From an uncultured delta proteobacterium (GTDB lineage Bacteria > Desulfobacterota > Desulfobacteria > Desulfobacterales > Desulfosalsimonadaceae), in the NCBI GenBank assembly GCA_963826785.1, contig CAWGYD010000001.1, positions 416,001 through 480,000 on the forward strand: a DNA stretch of 64,000 nucleotides, given 5' to 3'. The notes under the pieces are model-generated. The model was not told where the DNA came from, did no database searches, and was given only the letters and a program-made list of their open reading frames with translations. A program made the position numbers and the translations under genes. Positions 20,045-29,554 of the stretch are shown here, one piece after another. Positions within the stretch are counted from its first letter, which is position 1, and the number at the start of each line of letters is the position of its first letter.

Positions 20045-21418
20045 TCATTCGATAACGATATAGCCGACCACTTCCTTGGCGTGGCGGGTTTCTGAATCAT
20101 TGGATTTTTCTTCGGTGACCATGACGTCGATACCGGCGGTATTTTTATTCTGAAATCGTAGGTTTGCCGTGTCCCATCCTTTGATGGTCTGCATATCCGA
20201 TATGAAAACGGGATCAACGGAAAAGCGCCGGTCGAAGTAGATCCGGTAAAATGCATCGAGGACTGCATTTGGAGTTGCCGACACCTCATAGAAGTGGCCA
20301 TCCACGTAACCGGAGGAAGGCTCCCACGCGATATACGAGATGGTTTCCGTCGCATGGCCGTCCCTGTTCGCTTCCTGTTCCTGGAGCACGTAATCGAACC
20401 CGGATGTGCCGGCCTTGTTGCACCTGCCGGTGACGGCTTCGCCGCCGTTGAAGGTGACCACCGCGGAAAAAACCACCGGGGTTTGGTTAAATGTTTGCGG
20501 GAATAAAACGGTGCCGGATCCCGCTGTTTGAAATTTTCCGGCCTGGACCCGGGTGCCGTCGGTGAGCGTGTGGGCGCCGGCTTCCATGACCATGTACCCC
20601 ACGGTTTCATAAGCATGTGCCCCGTCGAGGTACTCCCATTCCTGTATGCGGATTTCAAAACCGATACTGCTGACATTGCGGATCCGAATGACCGCCGGTT
20701 GATTGCCGGCATAGCTCATGGGGCCGGCCACCACCACCGGATTGACAAAGCTTTTGGTCAGATCCACAAATGTCCAGTCGTGATTGATCACGACTTCACC
20801 GGCTTCAAATGCAAGCGCGGCCGCATTGTCGGCGGGGTTGGCCGGGTCTTTGCCCGCGGCGATTTCCGTGCCGTCATTGACGCCGTCATTGTCCGAGTCG
20901 GCATCCAGCAGATTGATGATGCCGTCCCCGTCAATGTCGGACTGCCAGTCATTTCCCCAGTAGAGAACTTCCTTGTAATCATTGATGCCGTCGGCATCCG
21001 TATCGGCCCGGTTTGGGTCCGTTCCGTAAGTTCCGCTCTCCTCGTCATTGGTCAGGCCGTCGCCATCCGTATCCGCCCGCGGCAGGGGCACATTGTAATA
21101 ACACTCCTCGGCAAAAGCGCTCTGAAGGCCCTGTTCATCCACGTTCGTGATCGTAAAGCCGTAAATGGCGCCTGCCGTAAGACCGGAAATGGTGCAGGTG
21201 GTCTGGCCGGCCGAATTGATGGTTATCTTGGGGGTGCTTTTGTAATTGGTGCCTGACTGTCCATAGTAGACGTTGTAACCGGCCACCCGCCCGTCATCAG
21301 GTCTATCCCAGCCGATCGTCACGTCGGCGGCATTCACTATGCAGGGATAAAACAGGATGAGCGGCAAAAGCAGGATGAAGAACAAAGAGTTGAAATTAAC
21401 CTTTTGTTTTCCGGACAT
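20045..21418 (-). CDS. Secreted protein: FN3-like domain, Ca-binding DxDxDG repeats, three H-type-lectin-like repeats
   Basis: Signal peptide ...VNA|ADVTIGWD. GYNVYYG..ISGL..Y.F (FN3). DTDGDG, DTDADG, DIDGDG, DSDNDG. Three ~85-aa repeats ending H..E...Y...E. SD AAGGAGG. Confidence 0.78.
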   Translation of the reverse strand: MSGKQKVNFNSLFFILLLPLILFYPCIVNAADVTIGWDRPDDGRVAGYNVYYGQSGTNYKSTPKITINSAGQTTCTISGLTAGAIYGFTITNVDEQGLQSAFAEECYYNVPLPRADTDGDGLTNDEESGTYGTDPNRADTDADGINDYKEVLYWGNDWQSDIDGDGIINLLDADSDNDGVNDGTEIAAGKDPANPADNAAALAFEAGEVVINHDWTFVDLTKSFVNPVVVAGPMSYAGNQPAVIRIRNVSSIGFEIRIQEWEYLDGAHAYETVGYMVMEAGAHTLTDGTRVQAGKFQTAGSGTVLFPQTFNQTPVVFSAVVTFNGGEAVTGRCNKAGTSGFDYVLQEQEANRDGHATETISYIAWEPSSGYVDGHFYEVSATPNAVLDAFYRIYFDRRFSVDPVFISDMQTIKGWDTANLRFQNKNTAGIDVMVTEEKSNDSETRHAKEVVGYIVIE

Positions 21419-21485
21419 TAAATAAAATCCTCCTTGGTTGCTGTTGTATGCCGTGCGTCAACAGCACTCCGATGGAGGGTTGAAT

Positions 21486-21577
21486 CGCCCGGCAGGCCCG
21501 CTGCCCTATTCTCGATTTGGAACTTAGGCCGGTGCCTTTGCGTTGCATTCTTTCGAATGAGTTGCCTTTGTCAGACG
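21486..21577 (-). ncRNA. Cyclic di-GMP-I (GEMM-I) riboswitch
   Basis: Minus strand reads ACAAAGGCAACTCATTC-GAAA-GAATGCAACGCAAAGGCACCGGCCTAAG...AATAGGGCAGCGGGCCTGCCG. This matches the Vc2-type layout: GGCAA, GAAA tetraloop, CGCAAAG, CCTAAG receptor, GCAGCGG..TGCCG. It lies in a 5' leader. Confidence 0.9.
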
Positions 21578-21642
21578 AATGGGTTCACTTGAGAATGACC
21601 TGTTGATTCAGAATCAGAAAATGATATCCATGGGAGGCTTAA

Positions 21643-21658
21643 TGCAATCGATGTGCCA
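21643..21658 (-). promoter_or_regulatory. Sigma-54 promoter (-24/-12)
   Basis: Minus strand TGGCACATCGATTGCA matches consensus TGGCAC-N5-TTGCW, about 65 bp upstream of the riboswitch. Confidence 0.85.
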
Positions 21659-22008
21659 GACAGTCTGAGGCCGGCGTAAAACTTATGCTAAACTGATTTC
21701 AATTGAGCGATATCCGGGTAACTGAGTGTGGAAATACGCTTTTTTACAGACGGGATTATCATCTGAATGAATTAGACGATTGAAAAAGGATTATCTTATG
21801 ATGAAATGATTTTTCAGTTAGTTATCTACATGAAGGGGGCTATGAAAAAATAAAAAAGGAGATAATGGAGAGGTGGGGCGCCCTTTTTCAGGGACATGAT
21901 GAAATGTGTATTTTTGTGTAAGAATTTGAACAAAATGATACCGGCGGCGATGCGGTTTGAAGATAAAACCTTTCCCCGAGCGCATCGCGCCGGCAGAAAA
22001 AACGGTTT

Positions 22009-23451
22009 TTATTCCGCCTCATCCCCCGGCTGGACCGAGGTGGTCACCTGGAGATTGTATTTTTCAATCTTGGACTGCAGGGTAGGGCGGGAGAGGTTGA
22101 GCATTTTGGCCGCCCGGCTCCGGTTGCCCGCCGTCAGGTTCAGCGCTTCGCTGATGACGATGCTGCCGAAGCGGTCCATCAGGTAATTGAACATATCCTG
22201 GCGCTCCTCGCCGGACAGGATTTCCCGGACCCACTGGTGGGCCAGGGTTTCAATGGACCTGGCCTCTGCTGCCGGGGGTTCGACGGCATTGGAAATGGCA
22301 TGGGAGATGTCTTCCGGGCGCAGAGGATATCCCCGGTTGAATATCAGGGCCTTTCGAAGGGTATTGCCCAGTTCCCGGACATTGCCGGGCCAGAAATGCT
22401 TTTCGATCACCCGCCGGGCTTCCCTGGTGATTCCCGGGTTGTCGATTTTCATGTCAGCGGAATACAGGGTCAGGAAATAGTCGCACAACAAAAGGATGTC
22501 CGCCTCCCGGTTGCGCAGGGGCGGAAGCTCGATGGTGACCACCTTGAGCCGGTAATACAGGTCTTCCCGGAACCGTTCCTCCACGATGGCCCGCTCCAGG
22601 TTCCGGTTGGTGGCGGCAATGATCCGGACATCCACCGGAATGGGCTTGCCGCCGCCCAGCCGCTCGATGCTCCTTTCCTGGAGCAGCCTGAGGATCTTCG
22701 CCTGGATGGACAGGGGCATGTCCCCGATTTCGTCCAGAAACACCGTGCCGCCGTTGGCCTGTTCGATCTTGCCCACCCGGCGGTTGGCCGCACCGGTGAA
22801 GGCACCCCTCTCATAACCGAACAGTTCGCTTTCCAGCAGGGTTTCCGGAATGGCTACGCAGTTGATGACCAGGAAAGGTTTTCCGCCCCGCCGGCTGTGC
22901 TGGTAGATGGCCCGGGCCACCAGTTCCTTCCCGGTCCCGGATTCCCCCCGGATGAGAACGGTAGCATCCGTGGGCGCCACCCGGCCGATGGCCTTGTAAA
23001 CCTCCTGCATGGCATGACTGTTGCCGATAATGGCATCCGGGATAGCGGATTCCGGGTGGACGTTCATTTCCACCTTGGTCTTCATGAGGCGCCCGGCTTC
23101 CAGCGCCTGGCCGATCAGGGACAGGATAAGGGGAATGTCAAACGGCTTGAGCACGTAGTCGAAGGCCCCCAGCTTGGTGGCTTCGATGGCGGTCTCCGTC
23201 GTGGAAAACGCGGTCATGATCATCACCGGCAGCTTGGCATCGATTTTCCGGATTTCCTCGAAGGCCTTGAGCCCGTTGATTCCCGGCAGCCGGACATCCA
23301 TGATCAGAAGATCCGGGATCTCCTTTCGGATCTCCTCGATGCCCATCTCTCCGGTGGGGGCGGTGCGGATATGGTATCCCTCCTCCCGGAGCAGTTTGGC
23401 AAAACTCTGCCGCAGCTGATCATCATCATCAACGATCAGAATCGTACTCAT
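22009..23451 (-). CDS. Sigma-54-dependent response regulator (NtrC family: REC, AAA+, Fis HTH)
   Basis: ILIVDDD, MDVRLPG, GESGTGKE, ESELFG, GAFTGA, FLDEIGD, GNVREL, GNRSRAAKML. Confidence 0.96.
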   Translation of the reverse strand: MSTILIVDDDDQLRQSFAKLLREEGYHIRTAPTGEMGIEEIRKEIPDLLIMDVRLPGINGLKAFEEIRKIDAKLPVMIMTAFSTTETAIEATKLGAFDYVLKPFDIPLILSLIGQALEAGRLMKTKVEMNVHPESAIPDAIIGNSHAMQEVYKAIGRVAPTDATVLIRGESGTGKELVARAIYQHSRRGGKPFLVINCVAIPETLLESELFGYERGAFTGAANRRVGKIEQANGGTVFLDEIGDMPLSIQAKILRLLQERSIERLGGGKPIPVDVRIIAATNRNLERAIVEERFREDLYYRLKVVTIELPPLRNREADILLLCDYFLTLYSADMKIDNPGITREARRVIEKHFWPGNVRELGNTLRKALIFNRGYPLRPEDISHAISNAVEPPAAEARSIETLAHQWVREILSGEERQDMFNYLMDRFGSIVISEALNLTAGNRSRAAKMLNLSRPTLQSKIEKYNLQVTTSVQPGDEAE

Positions 23452-24938
23452 TTCCGCTCCTCCTTGCGTGCCGGCAGGATGATGGTGAAGACGGCGCCTT
23501 CACCCGGTTTGCTCTGAAGCGTCAGGCTGCCGCCGTGCTCCTCGATGATGCGGACGACGATGAACAGGCCGAGACCCGTTCCGTCCGGTTTGGTGGTTTC
23601 AAAGGGTTCCAGCACCCGGGTCTGGAGTTCCTCCGATATCCCCGGACCACTGTCGCTGACCCGGATCTTAACCGCGTGCCCGATGGATTCTGCCATGACT
23701 TCTTCTTCGCTGATGACGACGTCTCCCCCGTTTTCAATGGCCTCGCAGGCGTTTACGATCAGGTTGACGAACACCTCCTTCAGCAGTTCGGGATCGGCCT
23801 CGATGGCGGGCAGTTTTACCGGGCGCTTCCGGTGCACTTTCACCGAATGCAGGTCCAGGCGATAGGAAAGCAGATCGATGGTCATGTCGATGATGTCGGA
23901 GATGAGGACTTCCTGCTTTTTCAATTTGTGGGGCCTTGAAAATTCCAGGAAGTTGCGGACAATGTTATCCAGGCGCCGCATTTCTTCGGCGACCACTTCG
24001 AAGTCTTCCTTCTGGATCTCGGACAATTCCAGGTTCCGCTTCAGTGAGAACAGCCGCATGTTGATGGAGGTCATGGGATTGCGGATGCTGTGGGCCACTT
24101 CGGTGGCCAGTTTCCCCACCAGGGCCATTTTCTCCGAATTGAGCAGGAGGGCCTTGCTCTGCTGCAGTTCCGTCATCGTTCGGTCCCGGTCTTCCATCAG
24201 GCCGTGTACCCGCTGGCTGAGGACCCTGACCTCGTTGCCCGATTCGATGTTCTCATCGGGGTTGGCGGCCTGTATGGCGATCCGCCGGATGGGAATGATG
24301 ATCTGGGATATCAGGAACATGGCCAGCAGCCCGATCAACAGCAGGACGGCACCCATGAAGATCATGGCCGCGGTTACCAGCCGCCTGGCTTCGATCCGGC
24401 TTCTTTCCTGGGCTTTTTCAATCCGGGACTCATTGGTATTCTTGTAGATCATGGTGAGGTCGTTGAGTTCGGAAAACTGCCGGCGCACCTTCCAGTGGAG
24501 CCGTTCACCTGCTTCCCTGTCCCCCGTCCGGTACAATTCGATCACCTGGTCTTTTCCTTTTATGTATTGGGCATAATTTTCCCGGATCTGTTCGAGCAGT
24601 TTGCGCATGTCGTATTCGGGGTTGAGGGCGTAGGCGCGGTCCAGCCATTTCTGAAACGCCTGGCGGTGAACGGCCAGTTCATTGAGCCACTTGGGGTCGC
24701 CGTCTAAAAAATAATAGGTGACATACCCCTTCTGGTTGGCAAGCGCGGTGGCAAGTTCCCGGGAAACATCCAGGGCCTGCATGTCCCTGCTCACGACCCG
24801 ATGAAACAGTTCATTAAAGTGGCTTGCATACCAGATGCTGGTGATTCCCATGGCGAAGGTGACGCCCAGGAACAAAAACAGGATGATGAATATGCGGGTG
24901 GACAGCCCGGCTTTTTTCCATGCAATCATTTCATTCAA
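23448..24938 (-). CDS. Membrane sensor histidine kinase with four-helix-bundle periplasmic domain
   Basis: Two TM segments. H-box EVAHSIRNP, NLIVNA, DSGPGI, FETTK, GTGLGL. Start could be ATG 24929. Confidence 0.93.
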   Translation of the reverse strand: MNEMIAWKKAGLSTRIFIILFLFLGVTFAMGITSIWYASHFNELFHRVVSRDMQALDVSRELATALANQKGYVTYYFLDGDPKWLNELAVHRQAFQKWLDRAYALNPEYDMRKLLEQIRENYAQYIKGKDQVIELYRTGDREAGERLHWKVRRQFSELNDLTMIYKNTNESRIEKAQERSRIEARRLVTAAMIFMGAVLLLIGLLAMFLISQIIIPIRRIAIQAANPDENIESGNEVRVLSQRVHGLMEDRDRTMTELQQSKALLLNSEKMALVGKLATEVAHSIRNPMTSINMRLFSLKRNLELSEIQKEDFEVVAEEMRRLDNIVRNFLEFSRPHKLKKQEVLISDIIDMTIDLLSYRLDLHSVKVHRKRPVKLPAIEADPELLKEVFVNLIVNACEAIENGGDVVISEEEVMAESIGHAVKIRVSDSGPGISEELQTRVLEPFETTKPDGTGLGLFIVVRIIEEHGGSLTLQSKPGEGAVFTIILPARKEERK

Positions 24939-25265
24939 CGTTTCATTGAATTTTAAAGGTCAAAGGATGTCGATTCCACGGGTTTACCGGCAACACCTGA
25001 TCATTCCAAAACACCAACACGATCTTTATGCAACAATTAAATGCAGCAAGTCGGATTGAACAGGCGCATTCTTTCGGCCGGGAAAAATCCGTCAATGCCT
25101 GCAAAATTTCAAGGTGGATTTTTTGCATTCGACCCCCTGGAGGCTTATACTTTTTCATCTGAAAGCGATCGTAAAGCATTTGGAATCCAAGTTGATCCTT
25201 GAAATTGGAGTTTCTGAAACATATCAGCGGTGCGATACATTTCCTAATTTAATGAAGGGTGTTTA

Positions 25266-25526
25266 ATGAAATCGATGGATTTGCTCAAAGAATTTATCGT
25301 CAACGAACTTATTTCAGATCCGACTGTTACTGACATCAGCGAAACCGAATCGCTGATCGAAAGCGGCATTCTCGACTCGATGGGAATCATGAAAATGCTC
25401 GATTTCATCGAGGCCAGTTTTTCCGTGAAGATATCGGATGAAGATATCACCCCGGAAAATTTTGAGAATTTAGAGGCGATTTGCGGTTTGATTGGCGACA
25501 GAACTTTCAGCAGCCAGGAAAATTAA
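25266..25526 (+). CDS. Stand-alone acyl/peptidyl carrier protein
   Basis: 86 aa, acidic. LIESGILDSMG (phosphopantetheine Ser), I.DEDITPENF. Confidence 0.92.
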   Translation: MKSMDLLKEFIVNELISDPTVTDISETESLIESGILDSMGIMKMLDFIEASFSVKISDEDITPENFENLEAICGLIGDRTFSSQEN

Positions 25527-26677
25527 TGGATTTCGACCTCTCGGACATGCAGCGGTCGCTTCAGAAAAGCATCACCGAATTCGCCCGCAGGGAACTAAAC
25601 GACGAGTTGGCGGAAACCGATGCGCAGGCCCGGTTTCCCATGGATAAATGGCGCCGGATCTGCGACATGGAGGTGATCGGCATCCCCATTCCCGAAGCCT
25701 ACGGCGGTCAGGGGGAGGGGATCCTCACGACCCTGGTTGCGATTGAGGCCCTTGGAAACGGATGCCGGGACAGCGGCCTGATCCATTGTCTGATCACCCA
25801 GATTCTGTGCGCCCTTCAGATCGCCCATTTCGGGGATGAAAAACAGAAACAACGATGGCTACCCGGCATTTGCCGGGGGGAGATCATCTGTTCCCAGGCC
25901 ATTACCGAACCGGATGCCGGGTCGGATACCCTGTCCATTCAGACCGCCGCAGAACGGATCGCCGCCGGCGGGTATGATCTTAACGGCACCAAGATATTCA
26001 TCACCAATGGCCCCATTGCCGACCTGGTGATCGTCTTTGCGGTCACCGACCCGGCTAAAAAAAACATGGCCGGGATCTCCTGCCTGCTGGTCGAGGACGG
26101 CCGGTCCGGATTTCGCCGGGGGCGTCCATTGGACAAGATGGGTTTGCGGACCCTTCAGAACGGTGAACTGGTGTTTACAGACTGCGGCGTCCCCGCGGAG
26201 AACCTGCTGGGCAAGGAAGGCCAGGGCGCGATGATCCTCAATGAAGCCATGCAGGTGGAGCGGACCCTGATCCCGGGTGCCCATATCGGCATCATGCAGA
26301 GAACACTGGATGCCTGCGTCAAATATGCCAATGGACGGCACCAGTTCGGGCAGCCCATCGGCAGGTTTCAGGCCGTCTCCCGGAAAATCGCTGAAATGCG
26401 CGTCAACCTGGAACTCGGCCGGTTGATCCTGTACAAGGCCGCCTGGCTCAAAGACCAGAAGAAAAGGGCCTACATGGAGGCATCCATCGCCAAGCTCTTC
26501 ATCAGTGAAAATCTGAAAAAAGCCTGCCTGGAAGCCGTCCAGCTGCACGGCGCCTACGGTTTCATGAAGGAATTTGAATTAGAGCGGGATTTGCGGGATT
26601 CCATTGCCGCCACCCTCTATTCAGGAACATCGGAAATACAAAACAATATCATCTCCAGTTTGTCAGGCTTGAAATGA
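25526..26677 (+). CDS. Acyl-carrier dehydrogenase (ACAD), L-prolyl-PCP dehydrogenase-like
   Basis: ITEPDAGSD, NGTKIFITNGP, KMGLR, RHQFGQPI, HGAYG. GCRDSGL and LYSGTSEIQ (Ser in place of the usual YEG Glu) resemble PltE/RedW. Start coupled via TAATG. Confidence 0.85.
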   Translation: MDFDLSDMQRSLQKSITEFARRELNDELAETDAQARFPMDKWRRICDMEVIGIPIPEAYGGQGEGILTTLVAIEALGNGCRDSGLIHCLITQILCALQIAHFGDEKQKQRWLPGICRGEIICSQAITEPDAGSDTLSIQTAAERIAAGGYDLNGTKIFITNGPIADLVIVFAVTDPAKKNMAGISCLLVEDGRSGFRRGRPLDKMGLRTLQNGELVFTDCGVPAENLLGKEGQGAMILNEAMQVERTLIPGAHIGIMQRTLDACVKYANGRHQFGQPIGRFQAVSRKIAEMRVNLELGRLILYKAAWLKDQKKRAYMEASIAKLFISENLKKACLEAVQLHGAYGFMKEFELERDLRDSIAATLYSGTSEIQNNIISSLSGLK

Positions 26678-28329
26678 GCGCCACGCCGTTATTCCTCGTC
26701 CAGCAGTTCATTGAACAGTCCCATACCGGCTCAAACAGCGATGTCGCCCTGAGCGATCCGTCCTGCCAATTGACGTGGCAGGAACTGCGCAGCCGCACCA
26801 GCCGGTTGGCCCACTGCCTGAAAAAAAACGGCATCAGGCGCCAGGACCGGGTGGTCATCTGCCTTCAGCGGTCCGCGTGGTGTATCGTCGCCATGCTCGG
26901 CATTCTCAAGGCGGATGCCATTTATGTTCCCATGGATGAGAAAGCCCCGGATGAACGGATGCGCAAAATCATTCAGGACAGCAACCCGGGCGCTGTGATT
27001 TGCGATGACAAAACCATCGGAAGGATCAATGCCGTAATCGGCCTGACCGGGTTTAAGCCGGCCGTATTTCTGCTCAACAGCACTAAAATCCCTCCGGAAG
27101 GCATTGGCGCCAAACTGGTTGTCCAGCCGCAGATCGATGCCTGCGCACCATCGCCGCCGGTCTTTGAAAATATTGATGCGGATATCGCCTATATCCTTTA
27201 CACATCAGGCTCCACCGGAAATCCCAAGGGGGTCATGATCTCCCATGCCAATATTTTCAATTACATTGAGTGGGCGGCGGATTACCTGGAAATCACCAGC
27301 GACGATGTGATCCTGAGCACGGCGCCCTTTCATTTCGACATGTCGGTATTCGATATTTACTGCGCCCTCAAAACAGGCGCCCGGCTCGCCATCGCCTCCC
27401 CGGGGCTGCTCCTGTTTCCGAATCGACTGGTGGATTTCATGGAACGGGAACGGGTCACCATCTGGAAGGGGGTATCGTCACTGCTCATGTATATCGCCCG
27501 GACCGGGGCATTGAAGCCGGGCCGGCTGCCGCTGTTGCGCAGGATCCTGTTTGCGGGGGAGGTTCTGCCCACCCGGTACCTGATGGACTGGATGACCTGC
27601 TTTCCGGATAAAATCTTTTACAACGGCTACGGTCCCACGGAGGCCACCGGCATGTCCGCCTGCTACCGGGTGCCCGATATTCCGAAACGCCGGGAAGAAA
27701 TCATTCCCATCGGGAAGTCCCGGGCCAACACGGAGCTCTTCCTGCTGGATGAAGCCGGGCGGCCGGTTGCCCGGGGCGAAGTCGGAGAACTTTGCATTCG
27801 GGGGGCGGGCCTGTCTCCAGGTTATTGGAATGATGTGAAAAAAACCCGGGAAAAGTTTGTCCTAAATCCGGCAGGGGCGGCCGGGGATCGGATTTATAAG
27901 ACAGGAGACCTTTGCCGGATAAGGGCGGACGGCAATTTCGAGTACAAAAGCCGCATGGATGATCAGGTCAAATGGATGGGGTACCGGATCGAACTGGGTG
28001 AGATTGAAAATATCATGCGGGCCATGGATTCAGTCGAGGATGTGACGGTGGTCATGACCGGAGGGGAATCCGATGCGGATCGGGAAATCGTCGCCTTCGT
28101 CGAAGGCGTCTCCGGCGCCGGCATTAAAGATCTGATCAACCAGGTGAATTGCAGTCTTCCGGGTTACATGCGGCCCAGACGGATCATCCCCATCGACCGT
28201 ATCCCCCGCAACGAGCGGGGAAAGGTGGACCGGCAGGAATTGAAACGTTTTCATCTTCGCATCGGCCCGGCATTAAAGGATCCTCCGCGAAGGCCGCAAA
28301 AGAATCCGGGGCAGTCCGCCTCGATTTAG
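26674..28329 (+). CDS. Stand-alone amino-acid adenylation (A-domain) enzyme
   Basis: AYILYTSGSTGNPKG, FDMS, YGPTE, GELCIRGAGLSPGYW, YKTGDL, R.DDQVK..GYRIELGEIE, NERGKVDR. Confidence 0.93.
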   Translation: MSATPLFLVQQFIEQSHTGSNSDVALSDPSCQLTWQELRSRTSRLAHCLKKNGIRRQDRVVICLQRSAWCIVAMLGILKADAIYVPMDEKAPDERMRKIIQDSNPGAVICDDKTIGRINAVIGLTGFKPAVFLLNSTKIPPEGIGAKLVVQPQIDACAPSPPVFENIDADIAYILYTSGSTGNPKGVMISHANIFNYIEWAADYLEITSDDVILSTAPFHFDMSVFDIYCALKTGARLAIASPGLLLFPNRLVDFMERERVTIWKGVSSLLMYIARTGALKPGRLPLLRRILFAGEVLPTRYLMDWMTCFPDKIFYNGYGPTEATGMSACYRVPDIPKRREEIIPIGKSRANTELFLLDEAGRPVARGEVGELCIRGAGLSPGYWNDVKKTREKFVLNPAGAAGDRIYKTGDLCRIRADGNFEYKSRMDDQVKWMGYRIELGEIENIMRAMDSVEDVTVVMTGGESDADREIVAFVEGVSGAGIKDLINQVNCSLPGYMRPRRIIPIDRIPRNERGKVDRQELKRFHLRIGPALKDPPRRPQKNPGQSASI

Positions 28330-28407
28330 AACATTTTCGTCATTGGTGGGGCTTATGAAAAAGGTTTTCCTGATTTCAGGTCTTCGATCAGATCCAGGCG
28401 GAGAAAC

Positions 28408-29457
28408 ATGATATCAAAAGACGAAGTCCGGAAATATCTTGGCATCGTTTATGATCTCAAACGCGAGTGTGCTTTTTATGATGTGCACGCCCATCCGTTT
28501 GAAATCTTCTACAACGAGGTGCAATATGCCCGGCATCCTTCCGATGAGCGGCTGTATGCATCTGACGGGACGGATTTTGCGGGGCCGGCAATTTCAGATG
28601 TTATGGCCGATACGGATGAAAGGAGCCGGTCGGTGCTTCGTCTGATTCGCCAGTCATCCGGATCGAGGGAGAAGCTGAGCGCCGCGTTCCGGCATACCGG
28701 CCCTCGTATATTTGAACAGCACGCGCTTCTCAGCGGAATCGATCACGTTCTGCTGCTTCCCGCCTGGCCGCCGGACGGCGCCAGTGACGCGCAAATGGCG
28801 CAAACGGCACGCATGTTTGTCGACGAAAACCTTTTTCTGCTGGCCGGGAGCATCCCCAGAACCGTTAAAATCGCAGACATTGCCACATACATGCAGGATG
28901 CGGCTGACCGGTTCTGCCTTCGGGCCGTCAAGCTGCATCCGAACCTGACGGGGATCAATCCGGTGGATGCATCGGGCCGCGAACGGATCGAAGCCATCCT
29001 GGATGCCTGCGGAAATTGCGGTCTTCCCCTGATGGTCCACGGGGGAATGAGCCCGGTGCTCAAAGACAGTCCGGCGGCGACCTACGGCATACTGGAAAAT
29101 CTGTCCCGAATCGACTGGGGAGCCGGCCGTGTTCCCGTGATCATTGCCCATGCGGGTTTTTACGGATATGAATTCGAGTCCGTCGATAAAGGTCGGTTGT
29201 CCGCGCTCAGGCGCCTGCTCGACCGGTGCGGCCAGGCCTGGGTGGATTTGTCCGGGCTGAACGTGGGCGTCATGTCGAAGGTCCTGGAAAACATAGGGTC
29301 ACACCGGATTCTGTTCGGGTCGGACATGCTCTATGAGGATCAGTGGCAGATGGTGGTCCGGACGATGTATGCCATCGATCGCTCGGGCCTGCCCCTGGAG
29401 GAGAATTTTATCCGGATAGCGGGGCGCAATCCCGCAGCCATATTTGCTGACAAGTGA
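28408..29457 (+). CDS. Amidohydrolase_2 family metalloenzyme
   Basis: DVHAH, VKLHP, VHGG, IAHAG, ILFGSD. Confidence 0.85.
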   Translation: MISKDEVRKYLGIVYDLKRECAFYDVHAHPFEIFYNEVQYARHPSDERLYASDGTDFAGPAISDVMADTDERSRSVLRLIRQSSGSREKLSAAFRHTGPRIFEQHALLSGIDHVLLLPAWPPDGASDAQMAQTARMFVDENLFLLAGSIPRTVKIADIATYMQDAADRFCLRAVKLHPNLTGINPVDASGRERIEAILDACGNCGLPLMVHGGMSPVLKDSPAATYGILENLSRIDWGAGRVPVIIAHAGFYGYEFESVDKGRLSALRRLLDRCGQAWVDLSGLNVGVMSKVLENIGSHRILFGSDMLYEDQWQMVVRTMYAIDRSGLPLEENFIRIAGRNPAAIFADK

Positions 29458-29554
29458 GTTTCATCAGAAGATAATGGTTTAATTACAGCTGTTTAGAAGC
29501 GGTGTGCGCGGTCCGGATCAAGGCCGCATGTGCACTATCATCAAGAGGACATAC

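Noticed and set aside
21486..21577. 3',3'-cGAMP (GEMM-Ib) specificity
   Set aside because: The position equivalent to Vc2 G20 is G, not A, so c-di-GMP is the better call. Ligand not tested.
22237..23517. Long antisense ORFs (also 3245-4378, 5280-6761, 18692-19903, 49969-51126, 61781-63028)
   Set aside because: They lie opposite well-supported genes and have no motifs. Such shadow ORFs are expected with GC-rich codon usage.
25266..28329. dlt operon (D-alanylation)
   Set aside because: No DltB/MBOAT or DltD gene, an ACAD is present, and the A-domain code does not fit D-Ala.
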